Below are positions 1 through 12,283 of a stretch of DNA of 64,000 nt, piece by piece. The DNA is taken from assembly GCF_006345805.1 (NCBI RefSeq), contig NC_043003.1, forward strand, positions 93,868,001 through 93,932,000, read 5' to 3'. The stretch is from Octopus sinensis (lineage: Eukaryota). Position 1 is the stretch's first letter; every line of letters begins with the position of its first letter. A model generated the notes under the pieces. The model saw only the letters and a program-made list of their open reading frames with translations. It was not told the DNA's origin and did not search any database. The position numbers and the translations under genes are program-made.

Positions 1-752
1 TAAACTGAGCATTGCAACAATTACTGTTGCTTTCTTCTGGCCTACACAAACATTGGATACGAAAACATTGCAAGCTACGGAAGCACTCTGGCATTTTCGT
101 GTTACCCACTCCATCATTACCACGAGAATACACACGAACAGATCTACAGACAGACACATGTAGGCACGTACCGAGAAACATTCGAATATACGAACACTAA
201 CATGCTAACATAAACACGCTGGCACACAGACACACACACATATATATATGCTCATATACATATTACACACCACACACGCTGACATACATGCTCAAATACG
301 GAGACGCATATGTACACGAACGTGGGCACATACATACACGGATAACAATCAGTTACACACATACACATATATACTCACATGCACTGGCATACACACACGA
401 ATTCACGCACATCATATACCGCCATACATTATACACAAGTACAGATACTAATAAACATACACATACACACATATACATGTGTAGACAAATATACGCACAC
501 GCACTCACAAATACACACAGAAGTAGACGCACATTGACACTCTTTGCACAGTGTGTACTTGGCCACACAGTATCCTAGGAACAAAATTTCCCTCAAGTTA
601 TATCCTAATGCCTTAATGATAAGTAAGACACCTGCTTATCTAGGTCTTGACAAATGACAGAGCGATGATGACAAGAAGATATTTATTTAATTATATTTCT
701 ATTTAATGACAGCCAAGCTGAATCTAAACAATAATAGACAACAACAGTAACA

Positions 753-908
753 GTGGAAGCGCAATGGCCCAGTGGTTAGGGAAGCGGACTCGCAGTCGTA
801 AGAGCGCGGTTTCGATTCCCAGACCGGGCATTGTGAGTTTTTATTGACCAAAAACACCTAAGTTGTACTCTTTCACAACTTTCTCTGACTCTTTCTTCCT
901 ACTTCTGC
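753..908 (+). mobile_element. tRNA-derived SINE family A, 3'-truncated or internally deleted
   Basis: Head GTGGAAGCGCAATGGCCCAGTGGTTAGGG...GGTTTCGATTCCCAGACC with A- and B-box-like motifs, matching the copies at 8979 and 50828. Confidence 0.85.
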
Positions 909-2029
909 CAAAAAGCAGAGGAACCATGGTGTAACCCACTATGGTGTGGTAAACTTTCAGTCCCTAGTCTAGATTGCGTATCCTCTGTACCCCAGGCACC
1001 ACCCTTTAAAACCACCGTTTATGGAATAAGGATAACAACGTAGCTTTCTCGCCCGTGCAACCGCCAGTCTATCGCATGTAGTGGATCTTCAAGTTGCCAC
1101 ACGCATTCTTAGTAGCTTAGAGTAGGCTCAAATTAGAGATTATTCTTTGTGGCTAATGGCGTGAGTCCTGATCGGAAGAAGAAGACAACAGCAACAGTAG
1201 TAACCACAATTTTTGAATTAAACTTCCAGTTATTTAGTGATATTTATAGTATTAATATTGTATACATGCTATAACTCAACACGACTATTTTCAATACAAA
1301 TATTCAGAAACAATAAAATCAATACTGGTGTTCAATCCTTCAACTTAGATCTTCAACGAACGTAAAGTAGTCTAATAGTTTATCTATTCTGTTTCCTATT
1401 TCCACTTGTTCATGATACTTTTGAATGTAAAATATCACAAATACCATTGGAAACGAATAATGATGTATTAATCACTTCCTGATTATTGTTACATGGTCAG
1501 ATAGTCACAGCATAGTTCCCCAAAATTGTATCGTAGCCACGCCTTTTGCAGACTTGTTATTTCCAGATTTAGACATGTCTTCACTCTAGATAATTTGCGG
1601 TCCGAACGTAGAGAAGTTTGGGAAAGTAACGTCATCTAAAACCATTTAAAACGTGATATATCTAAACTGTCTTCCCCAACGAATTTGGTCACACTATTCA
1701 AGCAAAATCTACAAGTATTCTGTGAGTCCATTCGCTAAGTGCTTGTGAGAACTCAGTTTTAGTCTTTCTGCTATAGAGACCTCAATGAATTTGTATCGAA
1801 AAAGAATGTGGGAGAAAACTTTGTACACTATCAATTATTTCTATCTATGACTAAGAACTTTTGAACTGCATTGTCGCGCACATTTGTAAACTCATAAAAA
1901 TGTTTCGTTATAGTACACACAAAAAAATAGTAGTAATCTTGTATATAATGAAACATCGTTCATTGTACTGATTTTTACTGTTTCTTTATTGGCGTTTGAC
2001 AGAACAATTTAAAAGGGAGTAACTTGATA

Positions 2030-2370
2030 TTAAGATGTGGAATGTACAATTTCCTGTAATTCAGGCTGTCCCATGGTCCCAGCAGACAAAATGAAAAGAA
2101 CGTTGCCTCGAAAGATGGCAAGGAAGATGTGCTGGAACAGCCACTTTGATTCACAGAGCTTACACTTGCAGATAACCATCTCCGCCCCGATAACAGTGAG
2201 CAGGGATATGGTCCGGGGGCTGAGAACACCGGAGGTTTTCATTGTCACAGACTCGATCGTACACCTGTCAGAGAGCGACCGATACTTTGACAGTTTGCTT
2301 TTCTCAGACTGACGAGCAGTGGAGCTTGGGCTGGTTGCTGAACACACCAAGTTGCCACGGAGAACATGTC
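2030..2370 (-). mobile_element. CRE-clade non-LTR retrotransposon 3' fragment (restriction-like endonuclease C-terminus)
   Basis: Minus-strand ORF 2030-2350 reads RQSEKSKLSKYRSL...IESVTMKTSGVLSPRT...ESKWLFQHIFLAIFRGNVLFILSAG. This matches the CRE C-terminal pattern K..KY..L...P.A.ET.G..G....FQR.S.AI.RGNA. Confidence 0.7.
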
Positions 2371-2384
2371 ACAGCATTTAATAA

Positions 2385-2560
2385 CCCTATCTTCGTTTTT
2401 GTTCGTTCTGTCATGCAAACACTTCTTGCCGAAAATGTGTAGATTGGATTGTATTTAAAGTCCGTGTTAAATAACTTCTACCAACTGTTTACTTAAATTA
2501 TTATTTTGTTCAAAATGTTTGTCCTCATTGTTCTGTATCCCTGTGTAATTTAATTTATCT
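2385..2560 (-). repeat. Short dispersed repeat, second copy at about 3435-3625 (probable LINE 3' UTR)
   Basis: TTCTGT..CAAACACTTCTTGCCGAAAAT and TCxTCATTGTT.TGTATCC.TGTGT.ATTTAAT occur in both copies. The 3435 copy follows a minus-strand ORF end (LHPELIERKLLFG) resembling a LINE ORF2 C-terminus. Confidence 0.4.
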
Positions 2561-3434
2561 GACGTTATTTATATTGACGTTATTTATATATACGTTACAC
2601 ATTTCGTATCGAATTGGTGTCGTGTTGTAGGTTATCATTTTTACTTTGGCCGTCTCACAACCGAGCAAAACTTCTTGTTTACTTGCAATTACTTTAATAC
2701 GGATGTTGACCAACAAGCAACATTAATGCAGGCGCTTATAGCTGATATTCAATGCTTGAGTTCGTCTGTCACAGAATTTCTCTTTTCGACGTTCCCGTCC
2801 TTACATCTCCAGTACACCTCGGTGACTCCGGTCACATTGCTAAGTAGTACTGCAGGTTGGCTCGCAGGTTCAGCACCGCATTCAATCTTCTATTTTTTTT
2901 TGCAACATAATTTTTTTTTTTTAGATTTCTTTGCCTTTCTCCACCCTTCCCCACCGCATATAACTCTCTGGGCAGCAATTATTTGAGACGAGAATTAAAA
3001 TTTAGTCAGCTTCCCCTTAAATTTTTTCGACTATAAAATAAAAATCAAAAAATCATTGTTTCATGTGGTCAGCTATTCGCTTATAAACAGCTTTGGTGAA
3101 AAATCACCTTGATCTTGGGACTAAGACGTAGTTTCAAACAGATTCTTTACCGTAGCTAATTTAATTTCACCGATAACAGCTCCCGCCGTCCTTTCCACAT
3201 TTTCTGTTAGTCTCATGATTTTTTTGAAACCAGTAACCAATAAATATGAAGTCTTCTTGGAACAATATACTGACTTTGCTCGAATAACATTTAACAATGA
3301 AAAAGTTTTTGATTCTGTTATACATCATATCATGATCAGGGGCTTAAAAGTTCTTTTTACTCTGTTTTTATATACACAATTATAGCAACTTACCAATATG
3401 AATCACTGCAATATGTTCATTTTCACAAAATATA

Positions 3435-3850
3435 ATTAGTTTCTGTTTGTTCTGTTATAACACTCTTCTTGCCGAAAATTTTGTACTTTGTATTACTTTC
3501 AAACATTCGGACTGAAGTATGTATAAACTTAGTACTAACCAATTATTTTCTTTACTGAATTAAATTGTATTCTGTTCGCAACATTCGTCTTCATTGTTAT
3601 GTATCCTGTGTCATTTAATTCATTTTATATGAGGATATTTAAACGGGTTCCAGCATATTCTTTTCGATTTGAGTTGGTTTCCTGTTGTCGGTTGCCATTT
3701 TATTGATGTTTCATCACATCCGAATAATAATTTCCTCTCTATCAATTCCGGATGGAGTTGGTACCATCCACTTTCGACTTCCCGATACTTTACAAAGATA
3801 TGAGCATTGAAGAGGATTCTCACAGTTAAATATTTAAGGTACAAGAACAT
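3435..3850 (-). mobile_element. Probable decayed LINE 3' end
   Basis: ORF 3620-3850 contains HPELIERKLLFG, reminiscent of LINE ORF2 C-termini. Its 3' UTR is duplicated at 2385-2560. Confidence 0.35.
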
Positions 3851-4559
3851 TAATTAAAACACGTGCAACAAACGAAGTGATCGATATCGTAATCAATTCG
3901 ATAATTTGCTTATGTCAAGAATGTGAAGGAGTTGCCTTTATTTTCTAGAATAAACGGTGATGATAGTATTCTAGATTATTCTGTTTCTTTTACAAGATCA
4001 AAACTAAACGCCGCGAACAAAATACTCACTAGCACACGCACCTACAACATACAGAGACATTTGCATACACTTACGTGCGATACATATTCAAACGGAACAC
4101 ATTCATAAACACGCAACAATTCAAAATTGATCTTGCATAGTCGTTCTAAAAGATCAAAAGAATTCATTAAGATTTGTTCAAGGCAAAGAATGATTTCTTC
4201 AGTAGGAAATCGGATCTTTCTATAATTTGAATTCTTGATAAATCTCGTTAGTTTTCCGGGAGTGGAAGAGTAAGCCGATTAAAATTTGTAGGGTAAAACA
4301 GAGAAAAATCCAAGGTTTACTGTTTGCAGTTATATTCACTGTATTGTTGTAATTAATTGAACTTTGCAGATAATCCAGAACAAAGATGTTGGGAAATATT
4401 GACTTAATCTGGTTGATAACCTAGAACTACAAATAAGAAAATAAAACGTAAATAAGATAGAAACAAAATTGTGTGACTTATGATATTAATTTTTTAATTC
4501 TGGAAAATAGTGACGTGGTAATAAATGTTGAACAAATTCTCACTCAGAATGGCTACAGT

Positions 4560-4810
4560 AAAAATGTAAAAGATTCGTAATCAATACGAAGATCGTTTAA
4601 GAGAACACCTTTGTTCGTCCGATGGAACGATACCGAATCGCTCAGACCTGCAACACCCGTCACTTTAAATCTACTGGCCAAACTTAATCTACCCACTTCC
4701 CGTCGTTTGTAACATTATTCTACACTACAGATCTGTGCGTATACATCGTGAACAGCAATGAATTTCCGCCTTAAGACAGCTGACTACTTGGAATAAATAT
4801 TCGGAATGTT
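4560..4810 (+). mobile_element. Decayed Penelope-like GIY-YIG endonuclease C-terminal remnant
   Basis: Frameshifted translation gives RLREHLCS, RHFKSTG and HREQQ*..RLKT, typical of the PLE endonuclease end. Confidence 0.5.
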
Positions 4811-4881
4811 TTTGTTTACTAGCTTTGTTCTTCCTCATAACACACCAACGTATTGATAAACATCCTTACGTGGATTTCACA

Positions 4882-5048
4882 CCTGCCTGCTTGCCTGCCT
4901 GCCTGCCTGCCTGCCTACCTACCTACCTACCTACCTACCTACCTACCTACCTACCTACCTACCTACATAATACATGCATGCATGCATACATACATACATA
5001 CTACATACATACATACATACATACATACATACATACATACATACACAT
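4882..5048. repeat. Compound microsatellite (CCTG)n(CCTA)n(CATA)n
   Basis: Directly visible. Confidence 0.95.
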
Positions 5049-6579
5049 AAATATATATGCACAATCTCATTTCTGAATTAGAAGGTGAGAAAGCATAATA
5101 GACATTCAAGAAATCAATCGTAATCTGTTTTGTGGATTTCTAAAATTACTTTGATTTCATTGCTGGTAGCATGATTCGGAAAATATCCATCACCCAAATT
5201 CACGTTACTCTCTAGGTAGACTTATATGATAACATTAGATTTAAGATGCAATCGAAACCGAGCTAATCTTGCTTTTGCAGGGAAATCAATCATAGAGAAA
5301 GAAACAAAAACCTAGCATGATATTGCGCAATTTAGCGATCCACAATTCTGTGATTTAAACTATGGAGAATACATTTCAGTTTCTAGTTTGACACTTGAAA
5401 TCTAGTCATTGGCTTTCCGTGTACATATTTCCAATCATTTTCGAGCAGGAATCAATTTATGAGAAAAGAAATATTGGAAATATAATCAATATCCATCTTA
5501 AGCTCAGTTTGTTGTATATGTTCTGACATATAAATCTGATAAAAAAATATAGCATAGACGATCATCATAAAATATACAAGCGTTCCAGCTCTTGTATATT
5601 TTATGATAACCTGCCGTGCTAATATCATATAAACTTTTCTAATAAAGCGCATGATTCTATAGGAAAGTTAGCTTACAAAAAAAAAAACAGACCAAAAAAA
5701 CACTGCTACATTAGAACATCTGACTTCGATTATAAATGACACAAAATTATGTTAAGATCTTATTATTAAGAAGATTGTATCACTTTAGCAAGAGTGGGCT
5801 ACATTGTGTAGAAATTAAAGAAAGAACGGATACATGATGTTGCCGTGTCATTTATAACTAAAAAATAATTCCAGTCCTAAGTAGCTTTTACAGCGTATGA
5901 TGACAGAAGAGCGTTGGTGTGATGAGTACGCCTTCTGCTTGCATGAACAATAATCGCAGATGTTTCTTCACAGCTATAAGTCAGCTAGGTAGAAGAATGC
6001 TGTAACGTATACCTTACGGCATGTAAGGACGAAAAAGCGCGCAGTTCATAGGAATTAGTAATACATATGATCCGAACATGTTTCTTATATGGAACATTGC
6101 AAAAATTATCCGAATTACAATAAATGAAAAAAAAAAAAAAAAAACATTTCTGCATTAATAAATTTGTATGCGACGGTGTTCGTATTTTATATTTCTTGTT
6201 AAGGATTTTCAAAATTTTCCTTTATATTTCTTTGTTTCTGTCGGAACAATAACGTTCCTAAATCCATTAATCAATTAACATTTCAAGACAGTCTCGACCA
6301 AATTATCAAAACAAGGTGACGGTAATAATATGCTGTTGTTAGCGCGCTTTGCAACGATCTTATTTCCAACTAAACAAAAATGACTAAGAGAGAAGCATGA
6401 AATATTAGTAATAAAACAGTTTAAACTGAAGCACTGTAGTGTTTAATATATAACTTGTTTCAGAGAAAAAATGCTCTCAACTTTCATCCCCCATTCATAA
6501 GTACACACACATTTATGTGTGCGTGTGTGAGTGTGTATGTATGAATGTTTTCTATTTCGACACCTACATATGTATGTAT

Positions 6580-6676
6580 GTATGAATGTATGTATGTATA
6601 TATGTGTGTGTGTGTGTGTATGTGTGTGTGTATGTATGTATGTATGTATGTATGTATGTATGTATGTATGTATGTA
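6580..6676. repeat. (TATG)n/(TG)n microsatellite
   Basis: Directly visible. Confidence 0.95.
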
Positions 6677-7358
6677 TCGGTTTGTTGGCGTGGGTGTGCA
6701 TAGAAAAGAGAAAGAAAGAGAGAAAAAGAAGCAAGAAGATAAGGGTGTATTCTCAAGAGGAAAACCAAACTGTATTCCGATGTACATGTCAGTTCATGTA
6801 ATAGGAAGAATGCAAGAGAATGAAAATGAAACTGTTAACAAAGTAAAAAAAAAAGAGATACAAAATGCCGAGTACATATACATGTAGAAATAAAAATAGA
6901 TTGCAAAACAAACACGGAAGGCAGTTACGAGCGTATTATATTCTGTATATTTGCATTGACATTCTAACACACGGGTTAAATATAAAACCTATGGATTACA
7001 AAAGAAATAGTGACCCCAAATGTACTTTCGAAAACGAGAAAAGAAAACCTACATGATTTTCTCTCTGCTATGAAATGAGAACACACGCAAAAGTAGTTTT
7101 TTCCTGTTACTCAGTGATTTTGTGCTTAGCAGCAAGGCACGGCATCAAATTCTATTTTCTGTATTAGGTAGACGCAAGGTAGAACATCGATTTTTTTTCC
7201 CAATTCTTCTCAGAGTGCGGGCGGCAGGAAATTTTATATGGATACTTGGGGCAAAAAGCGCAGTAGGAAGGAAGAGATAGAGGCATATATAGTTTTTTTT
7301 TGTAGCTCATTTAGATTTAAACACTAAAAATTTTAGATGTAATATTATGATAAACGAA

Positions 7359-7575
7359 GGCAGCGAGCTGGTAGAATCGTTATCGTAGAAAAAGAGTGCT
7401 TAGCGGTATTTCGTCCGACTTTACGTTCTGAGTTAAAATGTTGCCGGGGTCGACTTTACCTATCATCATTTCGAGGTCGATAAAATAAGTACCAGTTGAA
7501 CACTGTGGTCGATGTGATTGACTACCCACAGTCCCAGAAACTGCTGGCTTTGTGCCAAATTTTGAAACTATTATT
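7359..7575 (+). mobile_element. tRNA-derived SINE family B (Meta-domain-like body)
   Basis: GGCAGCGAGCTGGTAGAATCGTTA head and GGTCGACTTT...CATTTCGAGGTCGATAAAATAAGTACCAG body; tail GCTTTGTGCCAAATTTTGAAAC. Confidence 0.85.
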
Positions 7576-7811
7576 ACGACAAACTACGGCTTGCCATAAT
7601 CATAACGACACCGACATTATGTACATCAACGTCAATAAGAAGCTGCAAAATACACACGCGCGCGCACACACACATATACACGCACACACACACACACGAA
7701 AATGAACATTACCACTTAAGCATGTAATAAACTAAAGTATAATTATCACTCTTTGTGAGCATTTCGACGCATACAATAAAAGTAGCTAGTGTAAAGACAT
7801 GACTTCTCTGC

Positions 7812-7842
<31 letters not shown>

Positions 7843-8218
7843 TGTTTTAATGCTGTTGATTTTAGCCATGAGTGCCGTGTGTTAATCTGATAATCTGCCC
7901 ATGTGTATAAACAGGCATGTGTAAATTGCAGGTCGACAGAGAAATCAATATATGTGTCTGTGACCACATGGAAATCACAACTATAAATCAAAATATAGAG
8001 ATGAATTTAATTTGTTAGCTACGGGAGAATGAGTTTGGCTGAAGTCACGTGCTCTATTAGGTCAATAGCTAAAGTAAAGTAGTGATGTGTCAAATCTTTG
8101 TTTACACGGGTATGGCGGTGTCGTTAGTATTCCTACGCATCGAATGAGTTGCCGGAACTACATTACTGTGGTTAGATATAATGTGTATGCATATTAAAAT
8201 GGGAAATAAAATGACGTA

Positions 8219-8405
8219 CTGGCAGAATCGTTAGCTCAGCGGCATTTCGCCCGTCTTTATGTTCTGAGCACAAATTTCACCGAGGATGACTTTCATCCTT
8301 TCGGGTTCGGTAAAGCACCAAGTACCAGTTGAAGACTGGAGTCGATGCAACCAACTTAACCCCTCCACGAAAGAACTGGCGTTGTGCCAACATTTAAAAC
8401 CAATA
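8219..8405 (+). mobile_element. SINE family B, decayed
   Basis: CTGGCAGAATCGTTAGC head, TTTCATCCTTTCGGGTTCGGTAAA body and GTGCCAACATTTAAAACC tail. Confidence 0.75.
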
Positions 8406-8729
8406 TCAAAATGGGAAGAAGCGTTCAGTTCTAACAAGGAAGCGGTAAAAAAGTGTTAGCAAAAGAAAATTGCTGATAGTCTAAAACGTTAGAAAAGCAC
8501 TGGTTTACTTAGTCCTCTAAAATTATGTGTCATAGCGATAATTAATAGCTTTGTTGTGAGTTTAAGAATATAGGGGTGCATTGCCACAATACACAAACGA
8601 CAGTGGGCAATCAGAAAAGATTTACTAAATTCATTAAATTTACAGAACAAAAAAGTTATTTTGGCAAGAAGAAAATCCAATACATTAGAATTCACATACG
8701 TTTTGCTTTTATGTACTCTTTACATAAAC

Positions 8730-8918
<189 letters not shown>

Positions 8919-8978
8919 ATAATTTAGAGAAAAACCTCTATTAACCAATTCAATAGTGAAAGACTTTATTCAAACCAT

Positions 8979-9368
8979 GGAGGCGCAATGGCCCAGTGGT
9001 TAGGGCAGCGGACTGGCGGTCATAGGATCGCGGTTTCGATTCCCAGACCGGGCGTTGTGAGTGTTTATTGAGCGAAAAGACCTAAAAGCTCCACGAGGCT
9101 CCAGCAGGGGATGCTGGTGATCCCTGCTGTACTCTTTCACCACAACTTTCTCTCACTCTTACTTTCTGTTTCTGTTGTACCTGTATTTCAAGGGGCCGGC
9201 CTTGTCACTCTCTGTGTCACGCTGAATATCCCCGAGAACTACGTTAAGGGTGCACGTGTCTGTGGAGTGCTCAGCCACTTACACGTTAATTTCACGAGCA
9301 GGCTGTTCCGTTGATTCGGATCAACCGGAACCCTCATCGTCGTAACCGACGGAGTGCTTCCAAAAAAA
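8979..9368 (+). mobile_element. Full-length SINE family A with 12-bp target-site duplication
   Basis: GGAGGCGCAATGGCCCAGTGGTTAGGG head; ends ...GTAACCGACGGAGTGCTTCCAAAAAAA. TSD TATTCAAACCAT at 8967-8978 and 9369-9380. Confidence 0.95.
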
Positions 9369-9456
9369 TATTCAAACCATATAGAAAAAATTAAATATAT
9401 TATAAAAAACATTATTCTAAGAATCAATAAAGTACATAAACAATAAATAGTAAACT

Positions 9457-9574
9457 GACTACGCGCATTTCGTGGCTATATCTTCAAATAGATAATGATA
9501 ATAAAACCAATTCGATTTAAAATTAAATCGATCTAAAATTAATTCTATTTAAAAGTATAGTCACTCAGCAGGTC
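9457..9574 (-). ncRNA. Decayed minimal hammerhead ribozyme with long helix II (left arm)
   Basis: Minus strand: GAC CUGCUGA GUGACUAUA...UAUAGCCAC GAAA UGCGCG UA|GUC. A6 is mutated to C and only 3 bp of helix I can be supported. Confidence 0.5.
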
Positions 9575-9577
9575 TAA

Positions 9578-9650
<73 letters not shown>

Positions 9651-9781
9651 TAATAATAATAATAATAATGATAATAATAATAATAATAATAAAATAAATG
9701 TACGTATCCTAACTCATTATAAGTTAAGATTCGTACATTCCTCCTCCTCCCACTCCTCCCCCCCTTCTTCTTCTTACCTTA

Positions 9782-9899
9782 AACCTGATGAGCGACTATA
9801 TTTTTAAATAGAATTAATTAGAGATCGATTTAATTTTAAATCGAATTGATTTTATAATTATTATCTATTTGAAGATATAGCCACGAAACGTGCATAATC
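9782..9899 (+). ncRNA. Decayed minimal hammerhead ribozyme with long helix II (right arm)
   Basis: CUGAUGA 9785-9791 and GAAA 9885-9888. A 17-bp helix II segment pairs CUAUAUUUUUAAAUAGA with UCUAUUUGAAGAUAUAG. Helix III CGUGCA looks like CpG-decayed CGCGCG. Confidence 0.55.
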
Positions 9900-10154
9900 A
9901 ATTTATCATTTATTGTTTATGTACATTATTGATTTTTAGAATAATGTTTTTTTATAGTATATTTAATTTGTTCTATATGGTGTCAATAACGTCTTTCACT
10001 ATTGAATTGCTTAATAGAGGTTTTTCTCTAAATTATATACATATATTATATATTGTGAAATTTGATTTAGAATTGCTAAATTGAATTTGTCCCTGTAAAT
10101 CTGGAATTACATTCCCTACTATTTTATATATATATATTTATATATATATATATT

Positions 10155-10200
10155 GCATGGCCGCGGCCTTCGGGCTAAAACATTTTAAAGGATTTTTAAA
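10155..10200 (+). mobile_element. SINE 3' tail fragment
   Basis: GCATGGCCGCGGCCTTCGGGCTAAAAC resembles the family C tail GCATGGCCGCAGTC...CTGAAAC. Confidence 0.4.
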
Positions 10201-10201
10201 G

Positions 10202-10238
<37 letters not shown>

Positions 10239-10302
10239 ATATTCATGTATAAACTGGTGTATGTGTATATATACACACACGCACACATACATACGTACAT
10301 AT

Positions 10303-10612
10303 ATGGCTCAGTGGTTAGTGAGTTTGATTCCCGGACCGGGAAGTGTGCTGTGCTCTTGAACAAAACACTCTATTTCACGTTGCTCTAGTTCATTTAGCTG
10401 CAGAAATGAGTTGTGACATCAGTAGTACCAAGCCGTCTCGGCCTTTGCTTTTTCCTTGGTTAACATCGGTGGCGTGGAGAGTGGAGGTGTGGACTACTAT
10501 GCTTGGGCGACTGCTGGTCTTCCATAAACAACCTTGACCGGGCTTATACCTTGGAGGGGAAATTTCTAGAGGTAACCCCACGGTCATTCATGACCGATGG
10601 AAGACTTTACTC
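10303..10612 (+). mobile_element. SINE family D (tRNA-like head, different tail)
   Basis: ATGGCTCAGTGGTTAG head, TTTGATTCCCGGACC B-box-like motif, GTGCTCTTGAACAAAACACT body and CAACCTTG...GGTCATTCATGACCG tail. Confidence 0.65.
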
Positions 10613-10723
10613 GTTACCATATATAGATACACACATATATTTGTGTATGCACGCACACACACACATACATATATATGTATGTACACATATATCAGTTTAC
10701 ACACACACTCTCACATATATACA

Positions 10724-10778
<55 letters not shown>

Positions 10779-10885
10779 AATAGTATAAAGTGAAAAAACT
10801 ACAGAAGGCTTAAAGGTTAAAAAATATATATATTTGCGTCAATATGTCTGAAGAATATTAGAAATTTTTTTCTGACATCGTTTAG

Positions 10886-10924
10886 AAGAAAGACCGGTTT
10901 CGCGTTTAGCTTTTCAAATTTCTT
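10886..10924 (-). ncRNA. Minimal PLE hammerhead ribozyme, U3-A8 variant
   Basis: AAGAAA U UUGAAAA GC-UAAAC-GC GAAA CCGG UC|UUUCUU, with 6-bp helix I and palindromic ACCGGU helix III. Confidence 0.65.
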
Positions 10925-11094
10925 ACGACGTTATGTTTATGGTGAATAGAGTTATCGTTATGTTTATGTTTAAAAGAGTTCTAAATAAGGGGAGGTAATG
11001 AGTGATTTCTTCCGGTGTAAGGGAGATAATCGCTTAAATTTTTTTCCTTTCCCTTGGTGTGAATTTCTCTGTATCAGTAAGTTGGCATGGTTAA

Positions 11095-11975
11095 GTCTGG
11101 GCTTGTACTTTTCAATGAAGAATGTTTCCTTGTTTAGTCTAATTTGTGTTGATGATCTGATAGCACATTGGTAAAATGGAAAGATTAAAAATTGTGGTAG
11201 TAGTTGCTTTGCGCATTTCTCAATGTGCTCACTAAAAGGTATCATTCTGTATTCTGGGAATGCAATCTGTTGTCGATGCAGTGTGCATCTACGTCTGAGT
11301 GATAGTCCCGTGGATCCCACGTAGTCTTGGTGGCAGCCCGAGCATTTTATGACATAAATTATGTTTTCAGAGGCACAAGTAAAGTTAGATTTGATCTTGA
11401 ATTTCTGTCACTCTTTAAAGAGGAATTCTGATCCTTCTAGCAGGTTTGAACATGTTGCACAGTTCGGTCTACCACATTTTTTTACTTTTGCATCCGTAAT
11501 TTCAGAAAACAATTTTGCCTTTGTGAGAAACTTTTTAAGTGATTTAGGTTGTTTGTAGCTTTTAATGATTTGGTGTATGTTTAGAATTTCCTTTAATTTG
11601 GGGTCCTTATGAAGTATTGGTAAATTCTGGTGATGATGGTGAAGGCTTCTTTGTTTCTGGGGTTGTATGTAGATATGTAAGGTAGTATTTTCGGGGAAGG
11701 TATGTTGTTGTGTTGAACTTTTCTTAAAGAATCTATGTTGATTTCTGTTGCACATCTGATCCCATCCTCTATGAGTTGAGCTGGGTAATGTCTGTCAATT
11801 AGGGTGTTTTTGAGTTCTTGCAGTCTAAAGTTCCTGGTATTTTGTTCTGACACTATTGTGCATATCCTTCTTGCAATGTTGAAGGGGATGTTTGTTTTAG
11901 TGTGTCTTGGGTGGCATGAATTAAAAAGAAGGTATTGTTTGGCGTCTGTGGCTTTGTAAAAAATGTCTGTTTTTA
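11095..11975 (-). pseudogene. PLE RT thumb and GIY-YIG endonuclease, disrupted
   Basis: KTDIFYKATDAKQYLLFNSCHPRH...; CGRPNCATC; NIIYVIKCSGCHQDYVGSTG...LHRQQI...SEH...KYKPRLN. Contains in-frame stops and frameshifts. Confidence 0.9.
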
Positions 11976-12244
11976 ATGTCTGTTTTTAATCTTTCCATTT
12001 TACCAATGTGCTATCGGATCATCAACACAAATTAGACTAAACAAGGAAACATTCTTCATTGAAAAGTACAAGCCCAGACTTAACCATGCCAACATACTGA
12101 TACAGAGAAATTCACACCAAGGGAAAGGAAAAAAAATTTAAGCGATTATCTCCCTTACACCGGAAGAAATCACTCATTACCTCCCCTTATTTAGAACTCT
12201 TTTAAACATAACGATAACTCTATTCAACATAAACATAACGTCGT

Positions 12245-12283
12245 AAGAAATTTGAAAAGCTAAACGCGAAACCGGTCTTTCTT
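12245..12283 (+). ncRNA. Minimal PLE hammerhead ribozyme, U3-A8 variant
   Basis: Same motif as 10886-10924; predicted cleavage after C12277. Confidence 0.65.

Noticed and set aside
2309-2345. CUGACGA-GCAG...UGC motif
   Set aside because: No GAAA, and it is the antisense strand of CRE coding sequence.
2675-2986. 103-aa ORF and the opposite-strand EVYWRCK segment
   Set aside because: No recognisable domain or splice structure; length is within chance expectation.
8979-9050. tRNA genes suggested by A/B boxes (also 753, 50828, 54797)
   Set aside because: They continue into shared SINE bodies and tails, have TSDs, and lack a complete cloverleaf.
10848-10864. CUGAAGA-AUAUUA-GAAA on the antisense strand of the PLE terminal repeat (also 14096 and mirror copies)
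   Set aside because: Helix II cannot close (A opposite A) and the implied cleavage triplet is AUG. The credible HHR is on the sense strand about 30 nt away.
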